Shown here piece after piece: positions 1 to 15,536 of a stretch of DNA of 64,000 nt. The stretch spans positions 443,267,261 through 443,331,260 of the forward strand of contig NC_133620.1 in NCBI RefSeq assembly GCF_048593235.1, in the 5' to 3' direction. This stretch comes from Sminthopsis crassicaudata (taxonomy: Eukaryota). The notes beneath the pieces were generated by a model. It had not been told where the DNA came from, did no database searches, and saw nothing but the letters and a program-made list of their open reading frames with translations. Position numbers and translations under genes: made by a program. Positions within the stretch are counted from its first letter, which is position 1; every line of letters begins with the position of its first letter.

Positions 1-1699
1 AGAGCTTAAAAGACTGTTGGCAGAAATAGTTGGTACTTCATTTCGTTGAAGTTTAGTGGAGGTGAAGAGAGCAAGGAGAGTCAATGTGTTAGGAAAAGCA
101 AGGCATATTTGACCTAGTGAGGTAGGAGCAACTGAAGGCACAAAAAGTGAGTGAAAAGGAGACAGCTTTAGTGATTATTAAACCTTGTAAATTGTGCTTT
201 TCCCGCTCAACTTCAGACTTTTGCCATCTCCTGTGCCTCCTTGGCAGAGAAGGGCTTGAGGGCTTTTGTCTGTCCCATACAAAAGCTCCTGGTTCATTCC
301 CTCTCATCTGGAGATGCAATTCTTCACGGTACCAAGAATAAGGAGAGGCAGAAGCTCTCAGTTCCTTTGCTAACAAGATTATTTTCTGGTGCAAACAGTC
401 TAGTGGCACCAATTCAGTTTTGCTGTTAGGACTGGGTGCATGATTTTTAGTCCAAGGGATTTCTGAAATAACTTTGACCTTTTTGGAGGAATGGGGCAAA
501 CTTCACATTGCTGGCATAGCTAAACCTGTTCCTGTTTCACAGGGTCATAGGACATTAAGAAATCTGCTCTGTCATCATGGGTTCGTAAGTTGCCCTGGTC
601 TTTGCCCCTTGTGTTATAAAACTTTGCATTAAAATAGACCCTTCCCTGCTTTATTTCATTGTAGTCCTGAGTCCCTGCTCTGTTCCTATTACTGACAAGA
701 TGGTTAGCAAAGTACTGTCACTGTAGAACTCAAACGACTCCTCCATTCTTGGGACCTGTGTTCCTTCTGCAAATTCAGTCTAGTGTAGATCCCATAATAT
801 GCTGGATGTTGGTTTTGGTGCGAGAATTAAGTGGGGATTCCTCATAGTGATATGGAACACAAGTCTACATCAGTACTAGCTGCTTTTTATTCTTTACTAT
901 TACCTGACATGGAACACGGGGGTGACAATCAGCTTGCAACATTGGCCTATTGTCTTTTTTGGAGTAAAAAAAAAAAAAAAACCCTCATCATTCTCATTCG
1001 TTGTTTCTAGATCTGCCCTGGAACCAACTCTGAAACCAGGGTCATTTCCCTTCTACATAGGTTTTCCAATTCCTAAAACTAGTGTGCTGCAGCATCTCAG
1101 ATGTAGAGATGGGGAGGCCCTCAGAGGTCATTGGGTCAAACCCCTTGTTTTACAGAGGAGTAAAGTGAAGCTGTCTTAGCTCTGTCTCTTTCTAAGAGCA
1201 GGGTCTTTGTCATGTCTATTTCCTAAAGTTTTGTAACTTCCTAGTACCTCCAAGAGCTGCCTAATATGCTGTGCTAAGGAAGAGCTTTTTAACTGCACTA
1301 GACCAATACAAAATTCCTATTTTTCACCTTTCATTTATTTAGCATGTCCTGTACCAACATTTTTATGAAGCACTTAAGATAACATGTAAAAACACAAAAG
1401 GAGTTTTACATTCTGTTGGGAGGAAATAACATGTATAGTGGTGGTTCCAATATAAAAGAGAGGAAGGCACTAATAACTCAGGGAAAACCTCCATTTCATT
1501 TCTATCACCAGAAAATGCAACTCCTTTCATCATACTAGCCAAGAATAACCTGTCCATGATTATTTTATGTGGGAATCTCATTTGTTTTTTCTTAAAGTAT
1601 CTAGGGTCAAAGCTTAGCACCTCAAGAATCTGGCTCAACTATTTCTCATTCTCATAACTGGAGTCCCCAAGTAATCACACTTCTAAAGAGCACAATCTC

Positions 1700-1705
1700 T
1701 TTATT
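1700..1705 (-). terminator. Candidate MRPL9 polyadenylation signal AATAAA
   Basis: TTTATT on the + strand about 410 nt past the MRPL9 stop. Confidence 0.55.
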
Positions 1706-2116
1706 GATGATCATGATGTAGATGGTGGGTTTTGTGCAGTATCCTCCCCAAAATGGAGAGATCCTGGGGAGGTTACCTAGGACCTCCATGTCTCTTCCTC
1801 TAGCTCAGTCTGATTGTTTGGAAGATGCCTCAGGGTCAATTCACATCCTTATCACATCTACTGACTCCTGTGTTTCCCAACCAGGTCTGGAGTGAGGGCA
1901 GTAGCTGGACAGTGAAAGATACTGGAAACATCCGTGACATAGTTGGCAAATAAAGGGAATGATGTCGTGGTCTCTTGATTGTCCTTATACACTCAGATCT
2001 CCAAACTAAGTCACAGGGAGGGAAGCAAGATTTGCTCCAATGATTCCAGAGCAGGGCCTGGAGGATATCTGGTTGCCACAATTAGAAAGAGAAGTTCTTT
2101 ACTGGTGGGGGATCAT

Positions 2117-7646
<5,530 letters not shown>

Positions 7647-8399
7647 GGCTTCGGAGAGAAGAGCGCCGGCGACGGCAGGAAAGAAGGACCCCGGCCAGAA
7701 GGGCTCGCCCGAGACGCGCCTGATTCAGAGCGTACTGCGTCTGCGCATGAGGAGACAGACAGGCAGGCGAGCCTCCTTTAGAGTTTCTGTCAGGAAGGGT
7801 CCTCGGGAAGCTGGGAAACTGAGACCCTTTGGAGAAACGGTGGGCGTGTCGGACGTCCCCCCATGCAGATCTGAAGCAATTAGTCGCGTGATGTCAACCC
7901 TCCCCCCAGCTTGTCCTTAGCAGTTTGGGTACCACAATTCTAGCAAAATTAAGCAGTCCGACAGCAAAACGCAAACAAAACCGGGACAAAGCTGAGCTCC
8001 TCAGGCTGACAGCGGCATTCTTATTGTCAGGCCTCTGAGGTCAGAGCTTCCTCCCCCTCTGCCCTCCCCAAGGAAGGGTCCCTAGTACATCCGTTAAAAT
8101 AACCGGGCGTCTTCGGAGACCAACAGCAGCAGGCGGTTACACCAGCCTCGGCTTATGAGGATGGGGGAAGAACAGAGTTTTTCATGTGTTAAGATACAAA
8201 CAGGTTCCGAATGGAAAAGAGGTGACTTCCAACGGTCGAATTCCAGTCCTGGATTCTAGCCGTTGGAAGTTTTTCAAATAAAACCCACAAAAATTATGAC
8301 AACCATTCTTATAAAAAAAAAAAAAATCAGTATTTTCCAGACTCATCTATTCTGCATATAGTGGACACTTCCTGTGTTATAGTCAGTGAACATTTTAAT

Positions 8400-9630
8400 C
8401 CAACCTGGAGAAACAGTCGTTACTGCGTCTGTAAACCAAGGAGAATTTAAAAGACTGAGAAGGACTTACATGTACAAGAATGTTTATAGCAGCCCCTGTT
8501 GTGGTGGCAAGGAATTGGAAACTGAGAGGTTGCCCATCAATTGGAAAATGGCTGAATGTAATATGGCATACGAATGTAATTGTTTCATAAGAAATGATGA
8601 GCAGCAAAAAGCTATCAAACTGTGCATGCTCTTTGACCCCGCAGTGTTTCTACTGAGCTTGTATCCCAAAGAGATCTTAAAGAAGGGAAAGGTACCCAAA
8701 TGTGCATGTTTGTGGCAGCTCTTTTTGTAGTGACAAGAAACTGGAAATTGAATGGATGCCCATCAGTTGGAGAATGGCTGAATAAATTGTGGTATATGAA
8801 TGTTATTGTTCTGTAAGAAACGACCAACAGGATGATTTCAGAAAAGCCTGGAGAGACTGACATGAGCTGATGCTGAGTGAAATGAGCAGAACCAGCAGAT
8901 CATTATACATGCAACAATGAGGCTATTCGATGATCAATTTTGATGGACGTGGCTCTCTTCAACAATGAGATGATTCAAACCAATTCAAATTATTCAGTGA
9001 TGAAGTGAGCCATCTACACCCAGAGAGAGGCCCATGGGAACTGAGTGTGAACCACAACATAGCATTCTCACTCTTTTCTATTGTTTGCTTGCATTTTGTT
9101 TTCTTTCCTTCTTGATCTGATTTTTTTTCTTTTGTGCGTCAAGATAACTGTTTAAATATTACCCATGCATATGTTTTGTAAATAAAAAGCTTTTATAAAA
9201 AAAATGAGCAGGCTGATTTCAGAAAAACTTGGACTTTCATGAACTGATGCTGAATGAAGTGAGCAGAGCCAGATCATTGTACACAGTAATAAGAAGATTA
9301 TGTGATGATCAACTACAACAGACTCTCCTCAGCAAGTGATTCAAAACAATTCCAATAGGTGTCACCCACATCTGGAGAAAGAACTATGGAGACTAAATGC
9401 AGCTCAAAGTATACTATTATCACTTTTTTTTCTTGTGATTTTTTTCCTTCTGATTTTTCTTTCACAACATGTGTGATTGTATATGCATAACATATCAGAT
9501 TGCTTGCTCTCTTGGGGAGTAGAGAGGGGAGGGAGAAAAAATTTGGAATTCAAAATCTTACAAAAGTAAATGTTGAAAATTATCTTTACAAATAATTGGA
9601 AAAAATAAAATATTAAGTAAAAAAAATTGA
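8400..9630 (+). mobile_element. LINE-1 3' fragments, a younger copy (about 8605-9203) nested in an older one
   Basis: ORF2 C-terminal remnant KAIKLCMLFDPAVFLLSLYPKEI; duplicated CCCATCA.TTGG..AATGGCTGAAT motif; A-tails. Confidence 0.75.
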
Positions 9631-10041
9631 AGGAACATTGACCTTGGGGAAAACACAAGTTATGTGGCCTCTGAAAAGAGGTTCCAGAACACTTCTTCCC
9701 TTGGATTATGACTTTGCAGTGAGGACATTTCTATCTTTCTCCCCTCAAAACAACTACCTGGGATGGGGAGAGGGGATTACTCTTTGAGGAAACATGAAAT
9801 GGCTTTCAGAGAGTAACATTGGAAAGCCTGTGTGTTGTCTCTGAAATATCTTTGAGTCTTTGGGTAAGGTAGATATGCAGAGCAATAATGAAGTCCTGAG
9901 ATGAGTTAGGGCCAGGGTTTCTGTCTGTGTCACAATGGGACTGTCTCTGGCCTAGCGGGTCACAATGATAGTAGGTAACAGAAGTCTCCAGATCCTCTCT
10001 CCCCATCTCATTTTGCCAAAGGGTGGCACTGAATTAAGAAA

Positions 10042-10214
10042 CTGCCTTGTTATAGGCTGTGCCCTCCTATATATTCCCTTTCTTTTATCAAGAAAGGGAA
10101 TAAACTAAACTCTTTGTTCCCATTCTGCTCTCCCTTTGCCTAACTGAATTACTGTTACAAGTACCGGCTCACCGTTCGGGAGAAGATGATGCCTTGTAAC
10201 CCTTGTCTCAGAAG
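10042..10214 (+). CDS. OAZ3: OAZ3 first coding exon: CUG-extension region plus AUG-initiated MMPCNPCLR
   Basis: aagaaaCTGcct at 10042; the frame reads LPCYRLCPPIYSLSFIKKG...FA*LNYCYKYRLTVREKMMP; in-frame TAA at 10141; ATG at 10186; donor GTAATA at 10215. Confidence 0.75.
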
Positions 10215-12454
10215 GTAATATTTTTAAGCTCTTCCCAAGCTACAGTTGCTTCTTTAAACTCTCTTCTTCCATCTGCATTTCAAATTTCAAAATAACTTAC
10301 CAACTGGCAAGGGGTGGGAAAATACTGAAATAGGTTGGGGTGGAGAATTCTTAGTAATAAAGATGTTGGTTTAGAAAACAACAGAAGAGGATTTAATGAT
10401 TTGGGGAAAGGAGATGGCATGAGGGGGTCCAGTGTTTCCCACCATGCACAGATAAGCACCTAATTTAGGCCCCTGCTTCTTAACCAGCTACATCGTAACT
10501 GAGAGGGATAACCTGACACTCCGACCTCGGTGCTGCCTCCAGTGCTCCTGAGTCCCTAGCAGGCCTCCAGGTGGGCAGAAGCACTGATCAGGGAGACCAC
10601 GAGCAGCTCAAAGAGCTGTACTCGGTAAGTGAACTCTGAAGAGGACCCCCATCCCATCTCAGTACTTGCTCTCCATAGCAATATTCTAGAGGAATAACCA
10701 GTTGAAGGAGATAGTCATAATTTGTAAGGGAATTTAGAGATTTAGTTGAAGCTCATTTTACAGTTGAAAAACAGGTTCATGGAGGAGCATAATTATCCAG
10801 GGTGACAAAGTGAAAATTAGAAACCAAGTATTTTGATGTCCAATGTTTTTTCCACTTTAGTATGTCCTTCAGATGACATGTCCAGTTTTCATTTCCTTAT
10901 TCATAAGAGGGAAGAGATAGAACAAATCTAAATGATAAAGAATTAGAAGAGCAAGCAGTGGGCAGGAAAGAATTTGATATAATTGCCTTGAAAACAGGAC
11001 AATATTGCTATTTTGGGAAAGATTTTTTTCTGTTGGAATGATAAAATAAGAGAAGGAATAAAGTCTTCAACTTTCTAAACTCTACCAGGGAAGAATTCAA
11101 CCATCTCTTAACTGTAATGCCTCTAGGGATAATTGCTAAATTGAGGTTAGACAATATGCTATCTAGATAATCTGATTTTTGAGTGTTAAATTCTGGAATT
11201 AAGGGATACTATGAAAGCTCCAGTGAAGTAATCTCACCTCACTTTTTTTTTTTTTTTTTTTGAGGGGGGCAAGTTTGGATGGCAGCATTCAGTTAAAGAA
11301 AACCCTTTTCTAACTTTAGACTTTTTTTTTCCCTTTACAGGCTGGGAACCTGACGGTGCTAGCTAATGATTCCCTGCTCCACCAGGACCCAGTACAATTA
11401 GATTTCCACTTCCGCCTCACCCCTCAGGCTTCTGCCCACTGGCACGGCCTCCTCTGTGACCATAGGCTCTTCCTGGACATCCCCTACAGGGCACTGGACC
11501 AAGGCAATCGGGAGAGGTGAGAGTAGAACTGTTCATTATTCCAAGTTGGATTACTCTCATGGGACAGCCAGGCAGTCAGCTATCCCTGAAATGTGATCTC
11601 TAGATGTGAAAGACCAAGACACATAGGGATTAAATGAAAACGAAGATATATGTAAGATGAGATGGCATACAAATGGAGCCCTGTTCCATAGATAAATGGA
11701 GATGGGCTTAAGGCACAAAAAGACATGGAGCCCTTAGGCTTCTAGAAACCGATATGGAAGAATATTTTTCCTATGGTAGGAAAGAGTCCTTGGCTTTTTA
11801 CTTTACTTTGGATAAGTCTAATAAGCTGCAGAATTTGGAGTATTTACGACACCAACTTAGGAAACGTGCTCTTTGGGTTTAGGTCAAGGAAGGATCAGGC
11901 AGCAGATGAATTTGATCATAGGCTTGTCCCCTATTATTGTGTGGTTACACTCAGTAGCTTCTCTTTCTCTGGCTCCCAGTTTGACAGCGACACTGGAGTA
12001 TGTGGAGGAGAAAACAGATGTGGACTCAGTGTTTGTGAACTTCCACAATGCTAGGAATGACCGAGGTATTGGGGTTGGGAAACTGCCCTGTCCACTTTCT
12101 GTCCTAACCTTGTGTTGGAGACCCTCCTATAGTTCCTTTTCCTCTGAATTGTTGAGACTGTGGGCTTGGGAAGTAATCCTTACTGGGAGTTTTCTATCTG
12201 TACTTGAGGGAAGTTGGGAGACAAAAGAAGGGTATGGAGAGGTGGAGGGATAAGAAAGTGGGTAAATTCAAAAAGGGCTCGTCTAGTGACTTGCTTTCTC
12301 CTCCCTCGTAGGTGCCTTGCTTCGGGCCTTCAGCTACATGGGCTTTGAGGTGGTTAGACCCGACCACCCTGCCCTCCCACCCTGGGACAATGTCATCTTC
12401 ATGGTATACCCTCTTGAGAGGGATTGTGGCCACTTATCTAGTAAGCCTTCCTAA
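10186..12454 (+). CDS. OAZ3: Ornithine decarboxylase antizyme 3 (testis antizyme); needs a +1 ribosomal frameshift; 189 aa from the AUG
   Basis: ORF1 join(10186-10214,10488-10548) = 30 codons, then TGA. ORF2 in the +1 frame join(10550-10624,11341-11516,11980-12065,12312-12454) = 159 aa. Motifs LKELYSAGNLTVL, DFHFRLT, LEYVEEKTDVDSVFVNF and RAFSYMGFEVVRPDHP match OAZ3. Confidence 0.93.
10488..10624 (+). CDS. OAZ3: OAZ3 exon containing the frameshift site
   Basis: cag acceptor; (S)YIVTERDNLTLRPRCCLQCS-TGA; +1 frame ESLAGLQVGRSTDQGDHEQLKELYS; donor GTAAGT. Confidence 0.95.
10546..10552 (+). other. Antizyme +1 programmed ribosomal frameshift site UCC-UGA-G
   Basis: TGC TCC TGA G ends ORF1 and the antizyme domain continues only in the +1 frame; established antizyme mechanism. 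Confidence 0.92.
11341..11516 (+). CDS. OAZ3: OAZ3 exon
   Basis: AGNLTVLANDSLLHQDPVQLDFHFRLTPQASAHWHGLLCDHRLFLDIPYRALDQGNRE; tttacag acceptor, GTGAG donor. Confidence 0.95.
11980..12065 (+). CDS. OAZ3: OAZ3 exon
   Basis: SLTATLEYVEEKTDVDSVFVNFHNARNDR; cag acceptor, GTATT donor. Confidence 0.95.
12312..12454 (+). CDS. OAZ3: OAZ3 last coding exon
   Basis: GALLRAFSYMGFEVVRPDHPALPPWDNVIFMVYPLERDCGHLSSKPS then TAA. Confidence 0.95.
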
Positions 12455-12582
12455 ATACAGCCATGCTCCCACTCAAGTGGGAGAACTGGAGGTTAAATAA
12501 TATGGCTCAGGCCCCAGGCATAGTGGGATCCAGAGTCCTAGGTTTTTAGGATGTGATTCAGGATACCTCCTCCCAACCCAGG

Positions 12583-12588
12583 AATAAA
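12583..12588 (+). terminator. Candidate OAZ3 polyadenylation signal AATAAA
   Basis: AATAAA about 130 nt after the stop. Confidence 0.6.
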
Positions 12589-13795
12589 GGGTAGTAGAAT
12601 CATCGATTCTTGGTTTTTGTCTTTGAAAGTAACAAAATAATAGCACTGAGAAGTGGACATATTTAATCCTGAGGCAAAAGATGGTCTAGGGCAGTGTTGC
12701 CAAACTCAGGTAGAAACTGGGCTGCACTAATTGTACAGAAAGAGCCCTGCTGACTACATATTGACTTTGAATATGTAACTTTGCTTTTTATTTTTTATCA
12801 ATTTGATAAAATATTTCCCAATTATACTTGGATCTAATTCAAGCCTCACTTGGGAGTGGGGGTCACATGTGTGATGCCTCCAGTCAAGTGGGCATAGATA
12901 TTGGAGTCAGGGAGGATCTTAAGCACCCATGTGACCAACCGGAGTCTGTTCCTTATCCATGCCGTGGTGACCCCCCCACCAATCTTCCAGGGTAGAGCAA
13001 AGAACTCAAAATGTGTTGCAATTTTTAAAGCACTATATACATGTGAGCTGTTATAATAAATTAACATTGTCCCCTTTGTCCATTCACTGTTTATCCTGGG
13101 AGTCATATTGCACTAAGGAAGTCGACTTGACATCAAAACCCATGTATTCTCTCCTCCTATCACTAAGAGTCTGAACAAATGGAGGGTTTTAGTCCATGGC
13201 AATAGTTCTACTGGTTCTGTCCCTTACTTTAACCCCTTAAGACAGGAAGCAAAAGCTATCTGGAGACTGATGACAAATGGACTACAATCATTTTTGCAGA
13301 AAAAAGGAAAAGCAGCATTTCTATAGCACTAATTATGCCAGGGACTCTAAACACTTTGTAAATATCTCACTAGATCCTAACAACAATTCTTTGAGGGTGC
13401 CATTATCTAATTTTCCAGTAGAGGAAACTGAGGCAAACAACTAACTTGTTTACCAGAGGGGAAATAAGTGCTTCACTGACCACACCTGATTCCCCTGGGT
13501 CAGATGCCATTTCTTCTGACAAGGCAGTATTGGAATTATCTGAGGCAGTAAAAACTTAAATTGTGGACATGGAAAAAGATGATCCACTAGCAACTTTCTA
13601 CATCGAGGATACTACTCAAAGTATTCTAATGAGCTAAAAATGTTAATTTATTCTTATCTTAGTTTTCCCCTCAAATAGGGGCTGTTTTTGACTAGGATTT
13701 ATGAATTTCAAAAAGTATTTTGAAAATAGTTATTTCCGTAATAATTGGCTTCCTCTGTCACCCAATGTTATTTTATGCGTTAAAAATATTCTGGT

Positions 13796-13967
13796 GGGGC
13801 AGCTAGTTGGTGTAATGGATAGAAAACAGCTCTGAAATCAGGAGGACCTGAATTCAAATCTGACCTCAAATACTTAATTTCTGGCTGTATGACCCTGGGC
13901 AAGTCAGTCACTTAACCTCAATTGCCTCAGCAGCAGGAGCAGCAGCAAAAAAAGAAAAAAAAAAAAA
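13796..13967 (+). mobile_element. Marsupial tRNA-derived SINE (WSINE1/SINE1-like)
   Basis: GGGGCAGCTAG head, GACCCTGGGCAAGTCA core, A-tail, TSD ATTCTGGT. Confidence 0.85.
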
Positions 13968-15034
13968 TTCTGGTTGGGGTAGTCTATGACTTGACACTGA
14001 CACACACACACACACACACACATAAAGAACTTATGTTTTACAATATAAAAATAAATCAAATTACTGTTCATTTCTATTAAAAACCCTTCTCCTGCCCCCG
14101 CACTCATATACTTATATTCTTTCAAACAACTTTTCTGTACCTCATCAGCTGAAAGATCTTCCTAATGTATCTCTTACTGGACAAAGAAATGGAGGCCTAG
14201 AGAGCAAATATCAGTTTGACATTGAAGCCCTGAGTTCAATGTGTCAACTATTATGATTTGAGGTCACACTGAGCAGATAGAAACCCAGAGCCCTTGTTCT
14301 CCAGGTTTCCAGTTGGGGCTTTTTCTACCACTTTAAAAACTTACTGTTCCAAAACTGGCAATTATATTGAGCCTTTTCAATACTAAGGAATGAAAAACTA
14401 AGGGGAATAATCTCTCTTTACTGGATGGGACCTCTCAAATACATATGAAATTAAAGCACCAAGGGAGAACTTGGTTCCTCATATCTACAGGCCGTCTACT
14501 GCTAATTCAATCGGCATCTTTGTGGGTCATTTTAAAACCAGAACTTTATTTTAATGATTCTTTTAAGTGGCTTACAGAATTCTCTATTTTTACATACATA
14601 TGGATATGCATACATATAGTAGGCATTACACCTACCTAAGGCATTGCATCTTATAACACGTTCCTGAGATCTTGTTTTTCTACTTGCAAAACAGCCTATG
14701 TTCAAAAAGGAAAATAATTCTCAAAAATCTTGCCCTCCATAATTGGCGTGATATCACCTGAAGCTGGCAAGGGAGCATTACCTGCTTATTTCCTTGGACT
14801 ATTTGATTTCAACCCTGTTGCCTTTATACTCTGCCTCTTCATCCACAGTTGGAAAAAACCCTGAGAGCTCGTGGGGGCTCAGAACTTTCTCAATTCACAA
14901 CTTAAAAATTTTTCTAGTAAGTCATCTCATAAAATGTAGACTTCTGAATGATCCTTATTCTCAACTAACAGAATCCTAACCAATATTTCCCATCTCAAGT
15001 TTCAACCAAATATCCTGAATAGTGGGATGGTACT

Positions 15035-15040
15035 TTTATT
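15035..15040 (-). terminator. Candidate TDRKH proximal polyA signal AATAAA
   Basis: TTTATT on +; further copies at 14545-14550 and 12787-12792. Confidence 0.5.
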
Positions 15041-15480
15041 GCTAGTAGTTGTGGGCAGTGCTAAGGGAAGCCAGGCAGCTTCTGATAGACACATACACAC
15101 GCACACACATGTATAGTCTTTTTCTGAAAAGTTCTTCACTCTGCTAGTAGAAGCTGTTTTTGGTTCACAGCAGGCCAATCAGGAGGCAGCCCACAAAGGA
15201 GGAAATGTAGGTATCTTCTGTGGAATTCGATTTTCTGTTCAGCCACAGGCTCCCATGTCATACCTTGCCACTTCCTAAGCATGGACACAAATATGAGAAA
15301 GGGTCAAGATATGAGAGCAAGTCAAGCTTGGAGAATGACAGCCACAGAAAAGGATCAGGGAGAAGAGAGAATGCAGCAGCTCCCCATCCTCACCCCTCAC
15401 CGTTTTCCTGCTCCATAAGACACAAATCAGAGCCCCACTCACACAGCAGGCAGATGGCTGAGCCAGCCAGAACACAGACA

Positions 15481-15536
15481 TCAGAGCAAGTCGTCTTCTG
15501 CAAGAACACCATCATCACCAGAAACTGAAGCAGCTT
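15481..15536 (-). CDS. TDRKH: TDRKH last coding exon
   Basis: EAASVSGDDGVLAEDDLL then TGA. Confidence 0.92.

Noticed and set aside
89-499. 136-aa minus-strand ORF near the left edge
   Set aside because: TTG start with an in-frame stop just upstream, no convincing splice sites and no resemblance to a protein I recognise (including RIIAD1, expected on this side); a BLASTP search would settle it.
1363-1638. 91-aa minus-strand ORF past the MRPL9 polyA signal
   Set aside because: No recognisable domain or exon boundaries; length is compatible with chance.
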